From the human T2T-CHM13v2.0 reference genome, Homo sapiens, in assembly GCF_009914755.1 (NCBI RefSeq), contig NC_060929.1: a DNA stretch of 64,000 nt, one strand, 5' to 3'. The translations under genes and the position numbers were made by a program. A model generated the notes under the pieces. It made no database searches and was not told the origin of the DNA. It saw only the letters and a list, made by a program, of their open reading frames with translations. This document shows, one piece after another, positions 1 through 13,012 of this stretch; position 1 is the first letter of the stretch, and every line of letters starts with the position of its first letter.

Positions 1-361
1 TATTGGTCGCTTTAACAGATTTTACTTATATTGTTTGTTTCTTTATATTTTATGCCAACATTTCAACTAAACATATTTCGGCACTATTGAACCCGAATAT
101 CTACAATATAATTCCTTAGATGTAAGAATATGCTAACCACAGTACTCTGCTGTACTTTCAAAGCACTTCACAATTTACAAAAGTTTTCACAAAAGTTTTC
201 CCAGCATAGTCCTAACTTCATACTCATGGTGGGGGAGTCCTCACTGCCATTTTTTTGGATGGGGTGATAACATAGGCAGAACGAGCAAACTGAAAGACCT
301 ACACCGGAAGTGGGGAGTGGAGCAACCACTCCTGCTTTCGAATTCTAATTGAGCAATACAC

Positions 362-407
362 TGATGTTTAGAACAAAATGTAGCTTTTCATTTTGTTCTA
401 AACATCA
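362..407. repeat. Perfect 19-bp inverted repeat with 8-nt spacer
   Basis: TGATGTTTAGAACAAAATG (362-380) is the exact reverse complement of CATTTTGTTCTAAACATCA (389-407); spacer TAGCTTTT. Confidence 0.97.
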
Positions 408-1371
408 ATGGACATTTGAGATCTATTTCTAGCACTTCACTTTTTTCAATATACAAACAAAATAATCATCTTTTTGGGAAAGTGGTAAAGAATGCAATAT
501 TTTCCTTTTGAAATTATTGCCGTCAATGGTGCTTTGCGAATAAGCACGTGTGCCACATTGTGAAGATCTTTCCAACTCACAGAAAGTTTCTCACAAAGAT
601 CGATTCATGATCTTAGACCCTTGGTAGCTAGAAGGAAGCAATACACAACTTGTCAATCAACGCGCCAGGGTTCATGCTGTGTGCAATCATATTTATTTTC
701 TCTCCCTTGAAAAAGAGACACTTGTGCTGTAACAACATTCTGAGTTAAAGAGTTAAAGTAATTTGGTTTAAAATGTGTACAGGATGAAGAGGGATGGCCA
801 GAAAATACTTTGATCCTTGATGCTGCCAAAGCTTATCTCCATGAGTAGAACAAAGTAATGGGGCCGATGGCAGAGCCACTCCTTCCTCTTAGCACGATTG
901 CCTCAGGGACATGAGTCAACAGAAAGGTAGACTCCTCTCTAGCTTAAGTGGACAGGAGCTGGGAGTGGAGAAACAACCTAAGAGCTAAATACAGCTGGAT
1001 CCTGCTGTTTAGGGTGGACCCTCTTACCGTCCCCAGGATTAAAAACAAAACACCGGAGAACAGGGCTCCCTGTCCAGTGCTGGCCATAAGCATCAGCAGC
1101 ATCTTCTCTCTGAAGACCACAGCCATAGCGGGGAGGGAGGAAGATCAGAGCCCACAGGACATCAGCTTGAGGCAGGGATGGGGAACCAGGAAAATGATGT
1201 AGACCCTTGGTTCTCCCCGCCTCGATTAACACACAGACCTCTCACACACAGACCTCTCTCTCCTCCCCTGCAGCCTGGGAGAGATGATGATTAATAGAGG
1301 GCACCCTGCATTTCACAGTGTCCAGGTGACCTTCATACCACCTGTCATTGCAGCTCCCCAAAGTGAGGCAC

Positions 1372-1473
1372 CTCCTTTCACAAATGAGGAAACAGATCAT
1401 TGTCCCGAAGTGATTGGCCTAATGTCACACAGTTGGTAAAATACAAAACTCAAACCCAGGTGTTACGACTCCA
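1372..1473 (-). mobile_element. MIR SINE fragment
   Basis: caaatgaggaaaca...aatgtcacacagttggtaa...caaacccagg...gactcca resembles the antisense MIR core. Confidence 0.6.
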
Positions 1474-1779
1474 CCTGGAGCAGCCTGCTGCCCCCAGGTC
1501 AGTCATCTGAACACAGGAGTCTCAGGTCCTCACTTAACAAATGCAGGGCTTGGCTTGTCCATCAACATCTTCAACAATAAACCAGTGGAAGGCAGAACAA
1601 AATCCTATATCCAGGCTTATGAAGATCAATCTGTTCTAAAACAACTGACTAAAACCAACAGAAGGACTCAGAGACAAGGTTCGCTCCAGGAACAAGACCC
1701 CTGGAAGGCCTTCCAGGGAAAATTTTTAACGAGTTGATTTCTCAATGCCCAAGGATCAAGCCCAAGCTAGATGACCTGG

Positions 1780-2673
1780 TCCACAAAGTTCTTTATGGCC
1801 TGAACTTTACCTTCTCAGCCTCATCCATGGTAATCCCCCCACTAATCCTGTGATTTCGCCATAACTGTTCAGTCATTCAACAAATCTTTCATAAGCACCT
1901 ACTATGTGCTGAGTTTCCCAAGCTGGCAATGTTCTGTGTCACTTCCTTCCAGAAATGCTGTTCCCAGAGCCTGATGGCGCTCATCCTCCCAGTCTTGGCT
2001 GAGATGATGTTCCTTTTGGAGACTTCTGAGACTTTCTAGACCAGATAATTTTCTTACCATTTGGGTCCACTTGTTAAATTTTTTAATAACCTTATATCCA
2101 GTTTTACTGTCATTGACTTAAAAACAACAAAAGTCTATATCTCTTCCCAAACTGTAAGTGTATATGCTGAACAAGCATTCTAAGTGTCTGTTGTTGTGTA
2201 ACAAAACATCTCAAAACTTAGTAGCTGAAAACAACAATTCGTGATTTTTGACTGGGGGGGCTCTTCAGCTCTAGCAGAGGTTGGCAGAGGTCACTAGTGT
2301 GGCTGCAGCTGGGAGCTTGCCAGAACACAGCACATCCAAATGGCCTCTCATCCTCTACCCCATCTCCCCACAGGCCCTCTCATGTCTAATTTCTCTTCCT
2401 TAGCATCTTCCTAAGGGCTGGCCTTGGCAGCCCCATGATATCACCTCTGCCACATTCCACAGGACAAAGCAAATCACAAGATGAGCCCACGTAGGGGAGT
2501 TTACTCCATCCTTCGTGTGAGGCGGGGGGACAGGTGCACTCAGGGAGGGGCTGCTGCGGGCTCTGTCTGCAGACAGTGACTACAAGGACTTTTCCGTCTC
2601 ACTCACAGCCCTACCCTTAGTGTCTGAAGCTCTGCCTGCATAATAGGTGCTTAAGAGATGTTCACTGACGAAT
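1780..2673 (+). mobile_element. L2 LINE 3' region, interrupted by a MaLR LTR and a short antisense L2 tail (about 1866-1912)
   Basis: Ends in tgcctgcataataggtgcttaagagatgttcactgacgaatg, an L2 3'-terminus-like sequence. cattcaacaaatctttcataagcacctactatgtgc is an L2 tail in the opposite orientation. Confidence 0.5.
2180..2584 (-). mobile_element. Old MaLR LTR (MLT1 family)
   Basis: ttgttgtgtaacaaaacatctcaaaacttagtagctgaaaacaac and cacctctgccacattccacaggacaaagcaaatcacaag are typical of antisense MLT1. Confidence 0.65.
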
Positions 2674-3527
2674 GGGGAGCATCTGTGCAAGACGTCTTGT
2701 CCCTGGAGGAACTCAGGAGCACTTGGGTGGCCACATGAGAGCTGTGCTCTGGGAGGACTCTGCCTTGGGAGAGAAGACCCTAGAGAACCCTTCTGATCAG
2801 TTCTAACCTCCTGACATCTCCGCGGCTGCAACAGCAGCATGACGGGCGTGAATCACGCTGCCCTTGAACGTGACTGGAGAAGGCGGTATTTACAAGTCTA
2901 CTGTGGGCCCATATTAAACTTCACTTTGACATAGGCTCACTTCTTTGGCAGTGAGAGTGAAAGGGGTGGAGTGAGTGTGCCACGCTAGTTGGCTCCGGGA
3001 CACGATGGGGCTGGCGGCTGGAAGAGGATAAGGGACATGTGAGAGACAGGCATCCAGGCTTTGGCGCTAAGATTAACTGTTCACTTTTCTTTAATTGGCA
3101 CCGTTCATGTCCGTGAATATACTAAATATGTTTGGATACCTACGTTTTTTAAGCCTTGGAATTTTGCACTCTGTTTCTAAAACAGGGTAAGGAATTTCAC
3201 AAATTAACTCATTTGGCTAAGTGCATACCCCATGGGATCTACCAGTCGAACTGTGGGGAGAGGCTGGCCCTGCCCCCTGGCCATACCCCTTCTGAGCCGC
3301 CCTCTTCCACATCCAGCCGCTGCTCCCTCCCAGGAGAGGCAGGCGGTCCTCTGACCTTGGTCCTCTGCATACGCTCTTCTGGCTTCCAGGATACCTGTCT
3401 CCTGGGCTGAGACTTCCTCACTCTTCATGCAGTGAAGCCATGACCATCACCCCCAAAGCAGGGTGGGACTCATCATTGGAAGAGGTCTCTATCATCATGT
3501 GGGTGTGTTTCCTTTTTTTTAAACAAC

Positions 3528-4657
<1,130 letters not shown>

Positions 4658-4708
4658 TGTTTTTCACACATTGTTGTTGCTCTTTGACTTGGCTGTGTCT
4701 TCGTCTAG

Positions 4709-4919
4709 ACATGTGTTGTCCAATACGATAGCCACGAGTGTAGCAGCCATTAGTTATGGAATTCCAGTTAAGTAAACTTAAATAAAAATAAAAATTCACT
4801 TCCTCAGTTCCACAAGGGCCATTGCAAGTGCTAAATGGCCATAGGGTTGAACCACCAGGCTGAACGGTGCAGACACACAACATTTGCATTATCACATCAA
4901 GTTCTTTTGGAGAGCACTG
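4709..4919 (-). mobile_element. MER3-like hAT-Charlie MITE
   Basis: tgtccaatacgatagccac...aaaattcacttcctcagtt...caagtgctaaatggcca...agttcttttggagagcactg; preceded by a TCTAGA target-like site. Confidence 0.8.
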
Positions 4920-5033
4920 GAGACTGTTCTCTAAGGCCAGGGTGGTACGTGGCTTATCTTCAGATGCCCACTGCTTAGCGGCTTTGTAGCATCAAGCTGG
5001 TACCCAAACGATATGCGGCAAGTGGATGAATGA
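4920..5033 (+). mobile_element. L2 3' end fragment
   Basis: Degenerate L2-like tail ending gtggatgaatga. Confidence 0.4.
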
Positions 5034-6844
5034 CTGTCACAGGCTATCCTAAAGTAGAGGGAGTGAGTCATCTTCTGCCCCTCATTTCCAGTGGACACAC
5101 ACAGATACAGCTATTTCTAGCAGCCTGAATGCCGTAACGTTAAGTGTTTATGGAGAAAGCGAATAATAAGGATTCATTTGTGAAAATTATTTTAACTTGG
5201 AAACAACTGAAGAGTTACAGGTTGAAAAAGGCAATTAATGTTCCAATGATGAAAGTAGCCAGAGGTAGACAGAATTTGCTCTTTGTCATTTGCTCATACT
5301 GGGCTAAAAAATGGCAATTATCTTTTTCTGCAAATCAGATTTTTAAAAATCTAATTCAAGTTTTTCCTTTTTTATCTTTGAAACTCTGCCATGCCTCTGT
5401 TCCAAAAAGGGAGGCGCGTGTGTGTTTTTGTATGTGTGTGTTAGTGTGTAGGTAGGAGTAGAGTTAAGGGTAGACCAATAAATTTAAACCTAAAATAATT
5501 AAAGTGATTTTAATCTTCCAGCTATGGTAAATGTGTCTGCCATCAAAATGGGTCCATTCATTGGAAACTACACATCATGCTAAGTCACTGTATGCTGAAG
5601 GCTTTGGATAATATGCAGAGGGAGCCCCAGTGATAGGAATTGGCCATCAAACCAGGCTGTCCACTGGCTTCCAGCAGCTGGTAAGTGTTTGGATCATAGG
5701 GAGGTGGGAGTGGAGGTGGAGGAGCTGGTCATGCTCTCGAAGGCTGCATGGTGCCTGGCGGCGGGGAGGCAGCAGGAGCAATCGGAAGCCTGGGAGCAAA
5801 CAGGGTGCAGGTTCGTGGGGCCTTTACTCCGAAGACAACTGCTGCCACATCAGCATGGCCCTCTGCAGCATGAAGTGCATTGCATTCACCATTCAGGAAG
5901 GGAAAAAAGGATGTTTTAAAGTGGAATTTAATACAAATATAACTATCTGCTCCTAGCCCCCGCCCCTTTCTTTCTGGCTATTAGAGCAGAAGCAGAATAA
6001 CTGTCCTACTTTTTCACACCAGCACATTCAGTCTTACTATGATTCTCGAAGAATGTTAATTAGGGGAAAATACCTTAGTTGTTAAAAAATGTAAACATCC
6101 ACGCTTCTTCTTCACTACAATCTTTTCAGAACATGATATTCGGAGCTGGGCTTTAGAACTTCAGCATCATATCATTTGGTTGAAAGATTTTTCTTCTTGA
6201 CTTTCCAAGAAAAAAAAATCATTTGTGAACTGGCATATTGGCTCCATTTGTTCAGGCAAAACAAGGTGTTTTCTCATCCCACAGTGGGGGTACTTTGAAG
6301 CTAGCTGCTTTAGTGAATGCTTTGTGGCCAAGAGAAACAAAGCAGGTTCTCGAAAGAAATGAAATTAATTATCTCCATTTGCTACATATACAATATTCTA
6401 TGCATTAAGTACACCATTAATATATACAAACACTCTATGTTGTACAGTGTTTTATTAAATTCACTTATCTTGTCCTTTCACTTTATTATTACATTACAGA
6501 ATAAAAAACTCCACTAACATATCTTGTGTCAGATAATTGTATTTCATTTTTTTTCTCTTCTTGGAAATACAGTACCCTCATAGAATATCCAAAAAAGATA
6601 ATTCATATTCAGATTCAACTAAAATTAATCAAGTACTTACTTTGTACAGACATGGCATTGGTAGCTTTGATATACATTATGTTATTAATGAGGAAATTAT
6701 TTATCAAACCTCAGTTTTTTATCAAAACTAAATAACCAAAAATATTTATCAAACCCTCAAATAAAGATATTATCCTACACTCAATGTATCTCCTTTATAA
6801 ATTTTATAGAATTGTGAATTTGAAAACTAATGGGGAGAAAATTA

Positions 6845-7803
6845 CTTACAACTCAACCAAAAAACAAACAACCCCATTAAAAAATGGACAGAGGACTTAC
6901 AACTTCTCCCAAGAAGATATGCAGATGGCCAATAAGCACATGAAAAGATGCTTGACATCTTTCATCATTAGGAACATGCAAATCAACATCACAATGAGTT
7001 ACCACTTTCCACCCTTTGGGAGGGCTCCTGCCCAAAACAACAGCAACAATAAAAACCAGAAAATAAGAAGCGTTGGCAAAAATGTGGAGAAATTGGAACC
7101 CTTAAGTCATTGCTAAGGGAGCGGTGGAAAATGGTATAGCTAATGTGGAAAATAGGTATGGCAGGTCCTCAAAAAGTTAAAAATAGAATTACTGATTCAT
7201 CCAGCAATTCTACTTCTGATGAAACATATACCCCAAAGAATTGAAAGCAGACACTTTAGCAGATATTTGTACACCCATCATCCTAGCAGCATTAATTTCA
7301 ATAGCCAAAAGGTGGAGCATCCCAGGTGCCCATGGATGAATGGATAAACAAAATGTGCCCATGGATGAATGGATAAACAGTGAATGAATAAACAAAACGT
7401 GGCATCTACGTACAACAGGATATTATTCAGTCTTAAAAAGGAAGGAAATTTCGACCCGGGCTACGACATAGGTCAGAATAGAACCTTGACATTATGCCAC
7501 TTGAAATAAACCAGACACAAGAGGATAAATACTGTTTGATTCCAGTTATATCAGACAACTAGAGTAGTCAGATTTGTAGAGACAGAAAGTCTAACAGTGT
7601 TTTCTAAAAGCCCGAGATAAGGAAGAGGAGGATTTAGTGTTTAACAGGTATAGAGTCTCAGGTGGGGATGATGAGAAAGTTCTGGAGATGGATGGTGGTG
7701 ATGGTTTTATAACAATGTGAACTTGCTTAATGCCACTGAACGGTACACTTAACATGACTAAATGGGATAATTTTATGTTGTGTATATTTTACTATAATAA
7801 AAA
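6845..7803 (+). mobile_element. L1MB-type LINE-1 3' end (ORF2 end and 3'UTR)
   Basis: aagaagatatgcagatggccaataagcacatgaaaagatgc; gttctggagatggatggtggtgatggtt...aatgccactgaac; terminal tgtatattttactataataaaaa. Confidence 0.9.
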
Positions 7804-8755
7804 TATTACTAGTGTAAAAACTATTACAAAGTTTAGGGAAAAAATCTAGAAAGAGCAGAGTATAATATAAAATGATGAAAAATGTCTTTCAGATTTACAG
7901 ATGTCTTCAAAGTCAATGTAGGAAAATGAAACTGTGAATTATTTAGGCATCTTTTTAAATGACAGTTTAAAAGGTGTGAGTAAATATCAATGATGCCGTG
8001 CATAAAGATGTTAATGGGAGAACTGCCAACTGATCCTCTGTGGCAGGGTGGGGGACTTGGGGGGGCGGTTGGTACCGTCTCCATAATCGTAATCACCTAA
8101 TGGGTTGGCCTCCCAAGGGCCTCCTTCCTCTGTTCTCTTGTTCTGCTGGAGAATGTTTTGTTTCAGATTCTGAGTAAACTTTCTACCTTCTTCTTTCTCC
8201 TTTTGACTTTCCAAGCTCCCGATGGACTTCTTAATTCATGCAGTAAGCCACTGCAGTTTAAGCACGCAGGCTCCGGTCAGGACTGGGCAGGTTAATATTC
8301 CATCCCCTAGACTAGAACTGCAGGAACATGACACCGTGAAGATGAACAACAATGTGTGTCCCCTTCCATGCTTACTGAAAAACACGACACCGATGCCTAG
8401 AGACTCTGCCACACGGAGCAGAGTACAACAGGGCTCTGCTGTGTTTAGAGAACAGGATGGTTGGCAAGACTGAATCATTCAGACCTAAAAGTACTTTTAT
8501 CTTTTATTAGTAGTTTTACAAAAGTAGTTTTATAAAATGCATTGCATTTTTTCTGGATGGAATCAGAGATTATACCCACAAATAAATTGTAACTGGAGTG
8601 CATTGTATTACAATTCACTGACTTCACACGAGACTTAAACATGAAATTATTCCCTTAAGAGTACATTCAAGTAAAATTTAAGGAGAAATAAGCACATCTG
8701 TAACTGAGATTTAGTTCTTTTCAAAAATACTTAGAAGGTAATGTGCTCTGCATGC

Positions 8756-8936
8756 AGGGCTCTGTGTGGAACAGGATGGGGGCGGGGCAAAGCTGAATCT
8801 CTGCAGGTCCACCCCAGGCCTCTGCATGCAACAGGGTGAGGGTGGTGGGAAGCTGGACCTCCGCAGGTCCACCCCAGGGCTCTACGTGGGAGAGGGCGAG
8901 CGCAGGGGGAAGCCAGATCCCCACAGGTCCACCCTA
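8756..8936. repeat. Degenerate tandem repeat, 3 x 60 bp
   Basis: Units starting at 8761, 8821 and 8881 align without gaps; shared core CAGGTCCACCC(C/T)AG. Confidence 0.9.
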
Positions 8937-9086
8937 GTTGGACCAAATCACCCTGCATAGGAGATTTGGATGTGTAATTTACTACTATTCGCTAAAAGAA
9001 AATTCCCACACACGTGCCACACACATATTCATGTGTATGTCCATGTCTGTAAGTTATTAGGAAATCTCAGCATTCTCTTTCTGTAT

Positions 9087-9574
9087 ATAGGGGTGAAAAA
9101 GTAATATCTTTTCCTCATCCCTTACAAAGTTCATGGCTGACAACCATGTGACAGAAGACAGGTTAACAAGAGAAAAGTATGTAAGTGTTACAGGACGTGA
9201 GGCCCTCCAGAAATGAAGACACAAAGCCCCAGGAGGTGGTTATTTTTTTTCTTCGATTGGATGAGGAATGAAGGGACAGTAGTGTGGGTGTGCGACTGGA
9301 CAGCGGGTATGACTGAGTGGTGATAACTGAGGGGAGGATCAGCTGGGTTGTGTGTTAGGATTTTTCTGTGTCTTTTTGTCTCCACTCCTTTCCTCTGGCT
9401 ATGCAGCAGGGCAGGACACCTGTGCCAGAGGGGCTTTCTTTGAGAAAGGCTGGAGAAGGTCAGAGGTCATCCTTCCTGCTTCCACAATTGTTTCCTTTCC
9501 CTCAGCTTGTCTTCATGTGATACTCAGCACACCACTGTGCCATTTATTGGGGGTATTGTGTTCTGTGCCCTGAG
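9087..9574 (-). mobile_element. ERV1-class solo LTR (MER34/MER39 group)
   Basis: gacaggttaacaagagaaaag, ccagaaatgaagacacaaag, ggagaaggtcagag...ccttcctgctt, and terminal ggggtattgtgttctgtgccctga. Confidence 0.7.
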
Positions 9575-10904
9575 AGGTGGTACAAAAATTCAGAGGCCAA
9601 ACGTTGGCCCCATTAGCCATTTCCTGAGCATTGCTCTGGCCAAGTATTTATTATTTTAGAAAGAAAGCCTGATAAGCACCAACGCATCTTCATCCCATAC
9701 ATGACACTGTTTTGCAGGAATTCCACTTGTATCATACTGGGACCCAGTAACCCCGCATTCTTCCAGCTCCGTCCTGCTGCAGGAGCCGGGAGCAGGACAA
9801 ACCCTTCAGCCCCATTTGTGTCGATCCCTGATTGCTGACTCCATGCATTAGAAATACACTCCTTCTCTTTACTATCACAAGGCGACAGCTCGAGAATCTC
9901 ACCTTAAATGTAAGATAACCATTCTGGGGAGTAGGTTTTACACAGAAACAGTGATGTGGGCCACTTTAAGAAGCCCTTTAAACACCTCTGGTGGGAAGCC
10001 CTGGGAATCAAGGAAAGGTGGGCATAGGTAGGGGATGGTAAGCCAGGCTTGCCATGCTCATGAACAGAGGGTGGGCAGGCTTGCAAGGAAGAGTGACAGA
10101 GGAGAAGTGCATGCCAGGGATGGGGGAAGATGGTGTGGGGACCCAGAGTCTCCATCCCATGCGAATGGATTGTGAGGGGAGTAAGGAAGAACACCAACAT
10201 CCATCTCTCACAGCGATACCTCTTCCGTGAGAAGTAAACATTTCCAATCCTTTTTGTTAATTATTCTAGCAGGCAAGGACAGATACAGAGCAGGCAGGGC
10301 ACGGAAAGGGATTGTAGACCCAAACTCCCCCTTCATTGTGTCCACATTTGCACAGAGAAAGAATTCAAGACCCCATAAAGATAATTTTGGTCATCCTATG
10401 TTTGATATTTCCAGTAAATGTTTATTTTAGAGATTTCAAGATGATTGGATCAGCTTAAACTCATAGGATAGTATTCAGTCTTAATTTTCTAGACAAGCTT
10501 CCCTTAGTTTGGGCTGAATTGAGGTAAAGTGGAAATGTACCACTTCTACATAGGAGTGAAACATGAAATGTCTAGGTCCTAATACAGGATTTGACATTCT
10601 CCTGGCTGTTTTCCACTTTCTGAGCCTAAAGAGAGTGGCAGGTGTGTGTGATGCTAGATAAAAATGAAGGTGATTGGGGGCCTGGTGGAGATAGTGCTGC
10701 CTTTAACCAGAAGCCCAATCCAGAAGAGGGGTTAAGGCAATATATGTGGCTCCATGGCTCCTCCTATAGAATGTCTTCTCTTGACACCTTAAGTTTTTAA
10801 GTTTTCAAAGCCTGCAGAGCACTAATTTCTGGAGCCTCCTCTAGTTAACACAAACCCAAAATAATTTAGAGAACATAAGACCTGTTCTTATTAAAAACTC
10901 ATAT

Positions 10905-11742
10905 TGACATCCCCATTAGAATGGCAAAAATCCAAAGTACTGACAATATCAAATGCTGGTGAGGATGTGGAGCAACAGGAACTCCCATTCATTCCTGGTG
11001 GCAATGAAAACTGTACAGCCACTCTGGAAAACAGTTTCATGGTTTCTTACAAAACTAAACATACTCTTACCCTATGATCCAGCAGCTGTGCTCCTTAGCA
11101 TTTGCCCAAAGGAGTTGAAAACTTATGTCCAAGAAAAAACCTGCACACAGATATTTATAACAACTTTTTTCATAATAGCCAAGAGTTGGAAGCAACCAAG
11201 ATGTCCTTTAGTAGGTAAATGAATAAATAAACTGTGGTTCATCCAAACTTTGGAATATTATTCAGCACAAAAAAGAAATGTGCAATCAAGTCATGAGGAG
11301 ACATAGGGGAAACTTGAATGAATATTACTCAGTGAAAGAAGCCAATCTGAAAAGGCTACACCCTGTGAGTCCAACTATAGGACATTTGGTAAAAGCAAAA
11401 CCATGGTGACAGTCAGAAGATGAATGGTTGCCAGCAATTCAAGGGAGAAAGGAATAAATAGGTAGCATGCAGGGGATTTTTAGGGAGGAGAAATTGTGCT
11501 GTATAATACTATCACAGTGGATAGAGGTCAGTATACATTTGTCCAAAACCATAGTATTCACAACACCAAGAGTGATCCCCCAGTGTGAATGATGGGCTTT
11601 GGGTGACAATGATGCACTGATGTGTCAGTGTGGGCTCATCACAGTCTGGTGGGTGATTCCCATAGTGAGGGAATCTGGGCATGTGTGAAAACTCTCTGTA
11701 CTTTCTGCTCAATTTTGCTGTGAACCTGAAACTGCTCTTCAA
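10905..11742 (+). mobile_element. L1MC-type LINE-1 3' end
   Basis: aaatgctggtgaggatgtggagcaacaggaactc; agccaatctgaaaaggctaca; ends actttctgctcaattttgctgtgaacctgaaactgctct. Confidence 0.85.
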
Positions 11743-11789
11743 GCATCATAGAAGACTTGAACACTTAACCAAAAAAGATAAGGAATCCC

Positions 11790-12580
11790 TGATAAGCACA
11801 TGAAAAGATGCTCAATATCATTAGCCATTAGGAAAACACAAATTGAACCACATTGAGCTACCACTACACACCTACTAGAATATCTTTATAAAGGCGAGAA
11901 ACACTTACAGTACCATGTGCCAGTGCGCATGTGAGTCCACCAGGGCTCTCCCGCACTGCTAGTATGAATGCGGGATGGTACGATGAGCTGGGAGAATAGT
12001 TTGGCAGGTTCTTAGAGAGAGAAACATGTATTTATCACACATCTCAGCCCTTTTACTCCTAGGCTTTTGCCTAGAAGTGAAGACATGCTTTCACACAAAC
12101 ACTTGACACATGTTCACAGCAGCAGGATGCATGATATCCAAAAAATGGAAACCACCGAAATGTCCATCAACTGGTGGATGGAGAAACAAATGCTGCTCCA
12201 TCTATTCAATGGAATTCTACTCAGCAATAAAAACGAATAGTGAGGCTTGAGTGAATCCACACGTGGGCAAACCACAAAAGCATTATTCCAAGTGAAGGAA
12301 ACCAGGCCCAAAAGGGTAGCAAGTGTATTATTCTGCTGATGTGGCACTGTGGGAGAGGAACCTCTAGGGACAGAAATCAGACCTGCACTGCCAGGAGTTA
12401 GGGGTGAGGGGGAAAGGGTCACTCCAGAGGGGCACAGGGGAGGTTTTTTGATTTGACGGGATTGGTCTCTCTTGACTATGGTGGTGGTCACACAACTTCA
12501 AACACTTGTCAAAACTCAGAAACACAAAAAGGGGATTCTTACTATACATATATACATTATGTTTCAGTAACTTTGATTAA
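11790..12580 (+). mobile_element. Old L1M (L1ME/L1MD-type) 3' end
   Basis: aagcacatgaaaagatgctcaatatcattagccattagg; aatggaattctactcagcaataaaa; ttgtcaaaactcaga. Confidence 0.75.
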
Positions 12581-12871
12581 ATAAGCCATATTGAATCAAA
12601 CATTGTTTCTTAGTTAGGTTTGATTTTTACTACTTCTCTCGGGCATAAGACAAAATAACATTTCCTGTGCTGATCTAAGAGGGAGAGAAAACAAGGCTCA
12701 TGCTGTAGAGTGCTGTGGACTCTCCCAGATGGATCTGAAGGCAGATTCCATGTCGTTAGAAGTGTAGGCAAGACATGGGTAACATTCTCCAGGCGGCAGA
12801 CAAGGCAAAGGCCATTGGTCTGTTCTTGCAATTATCAGGGATACCTAAGGAAGGGGATAAGAAAAAGGGAA

Positions 12872-13012
12872 GGGTCAGGTGTGGTGGCTCATGCTTATAA
12901 TCCCAGAAATTTGGGAGGCTGAGGCAGGAGCAATGCTTGCACCCAGGATTTGGAGATCAGCCTGGGCAACATAGTGAGATCCTTCTCTATAAAAGAGAAA
13001 AAGAAAGGGGAA
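12872..13012 (+). mobile_element. Alu left monomer (FLAM_C-like)
   Basis: ggtcaggtgtggtggctcatgcttataatcccag...cagcctgggcaacatagtgagatcc plus A-rich tail; purine-rich imperfect TSD. Confidence 0.85.

Noticed and set aside
6784-7116. ORFs resembling the L1 ORF2 C-terminus (also 10953-11222, 38961-39146, 63619-63813)
   Set aside because: Short open stretches in decayed L1M copies with surrounding stops and frameshifts.
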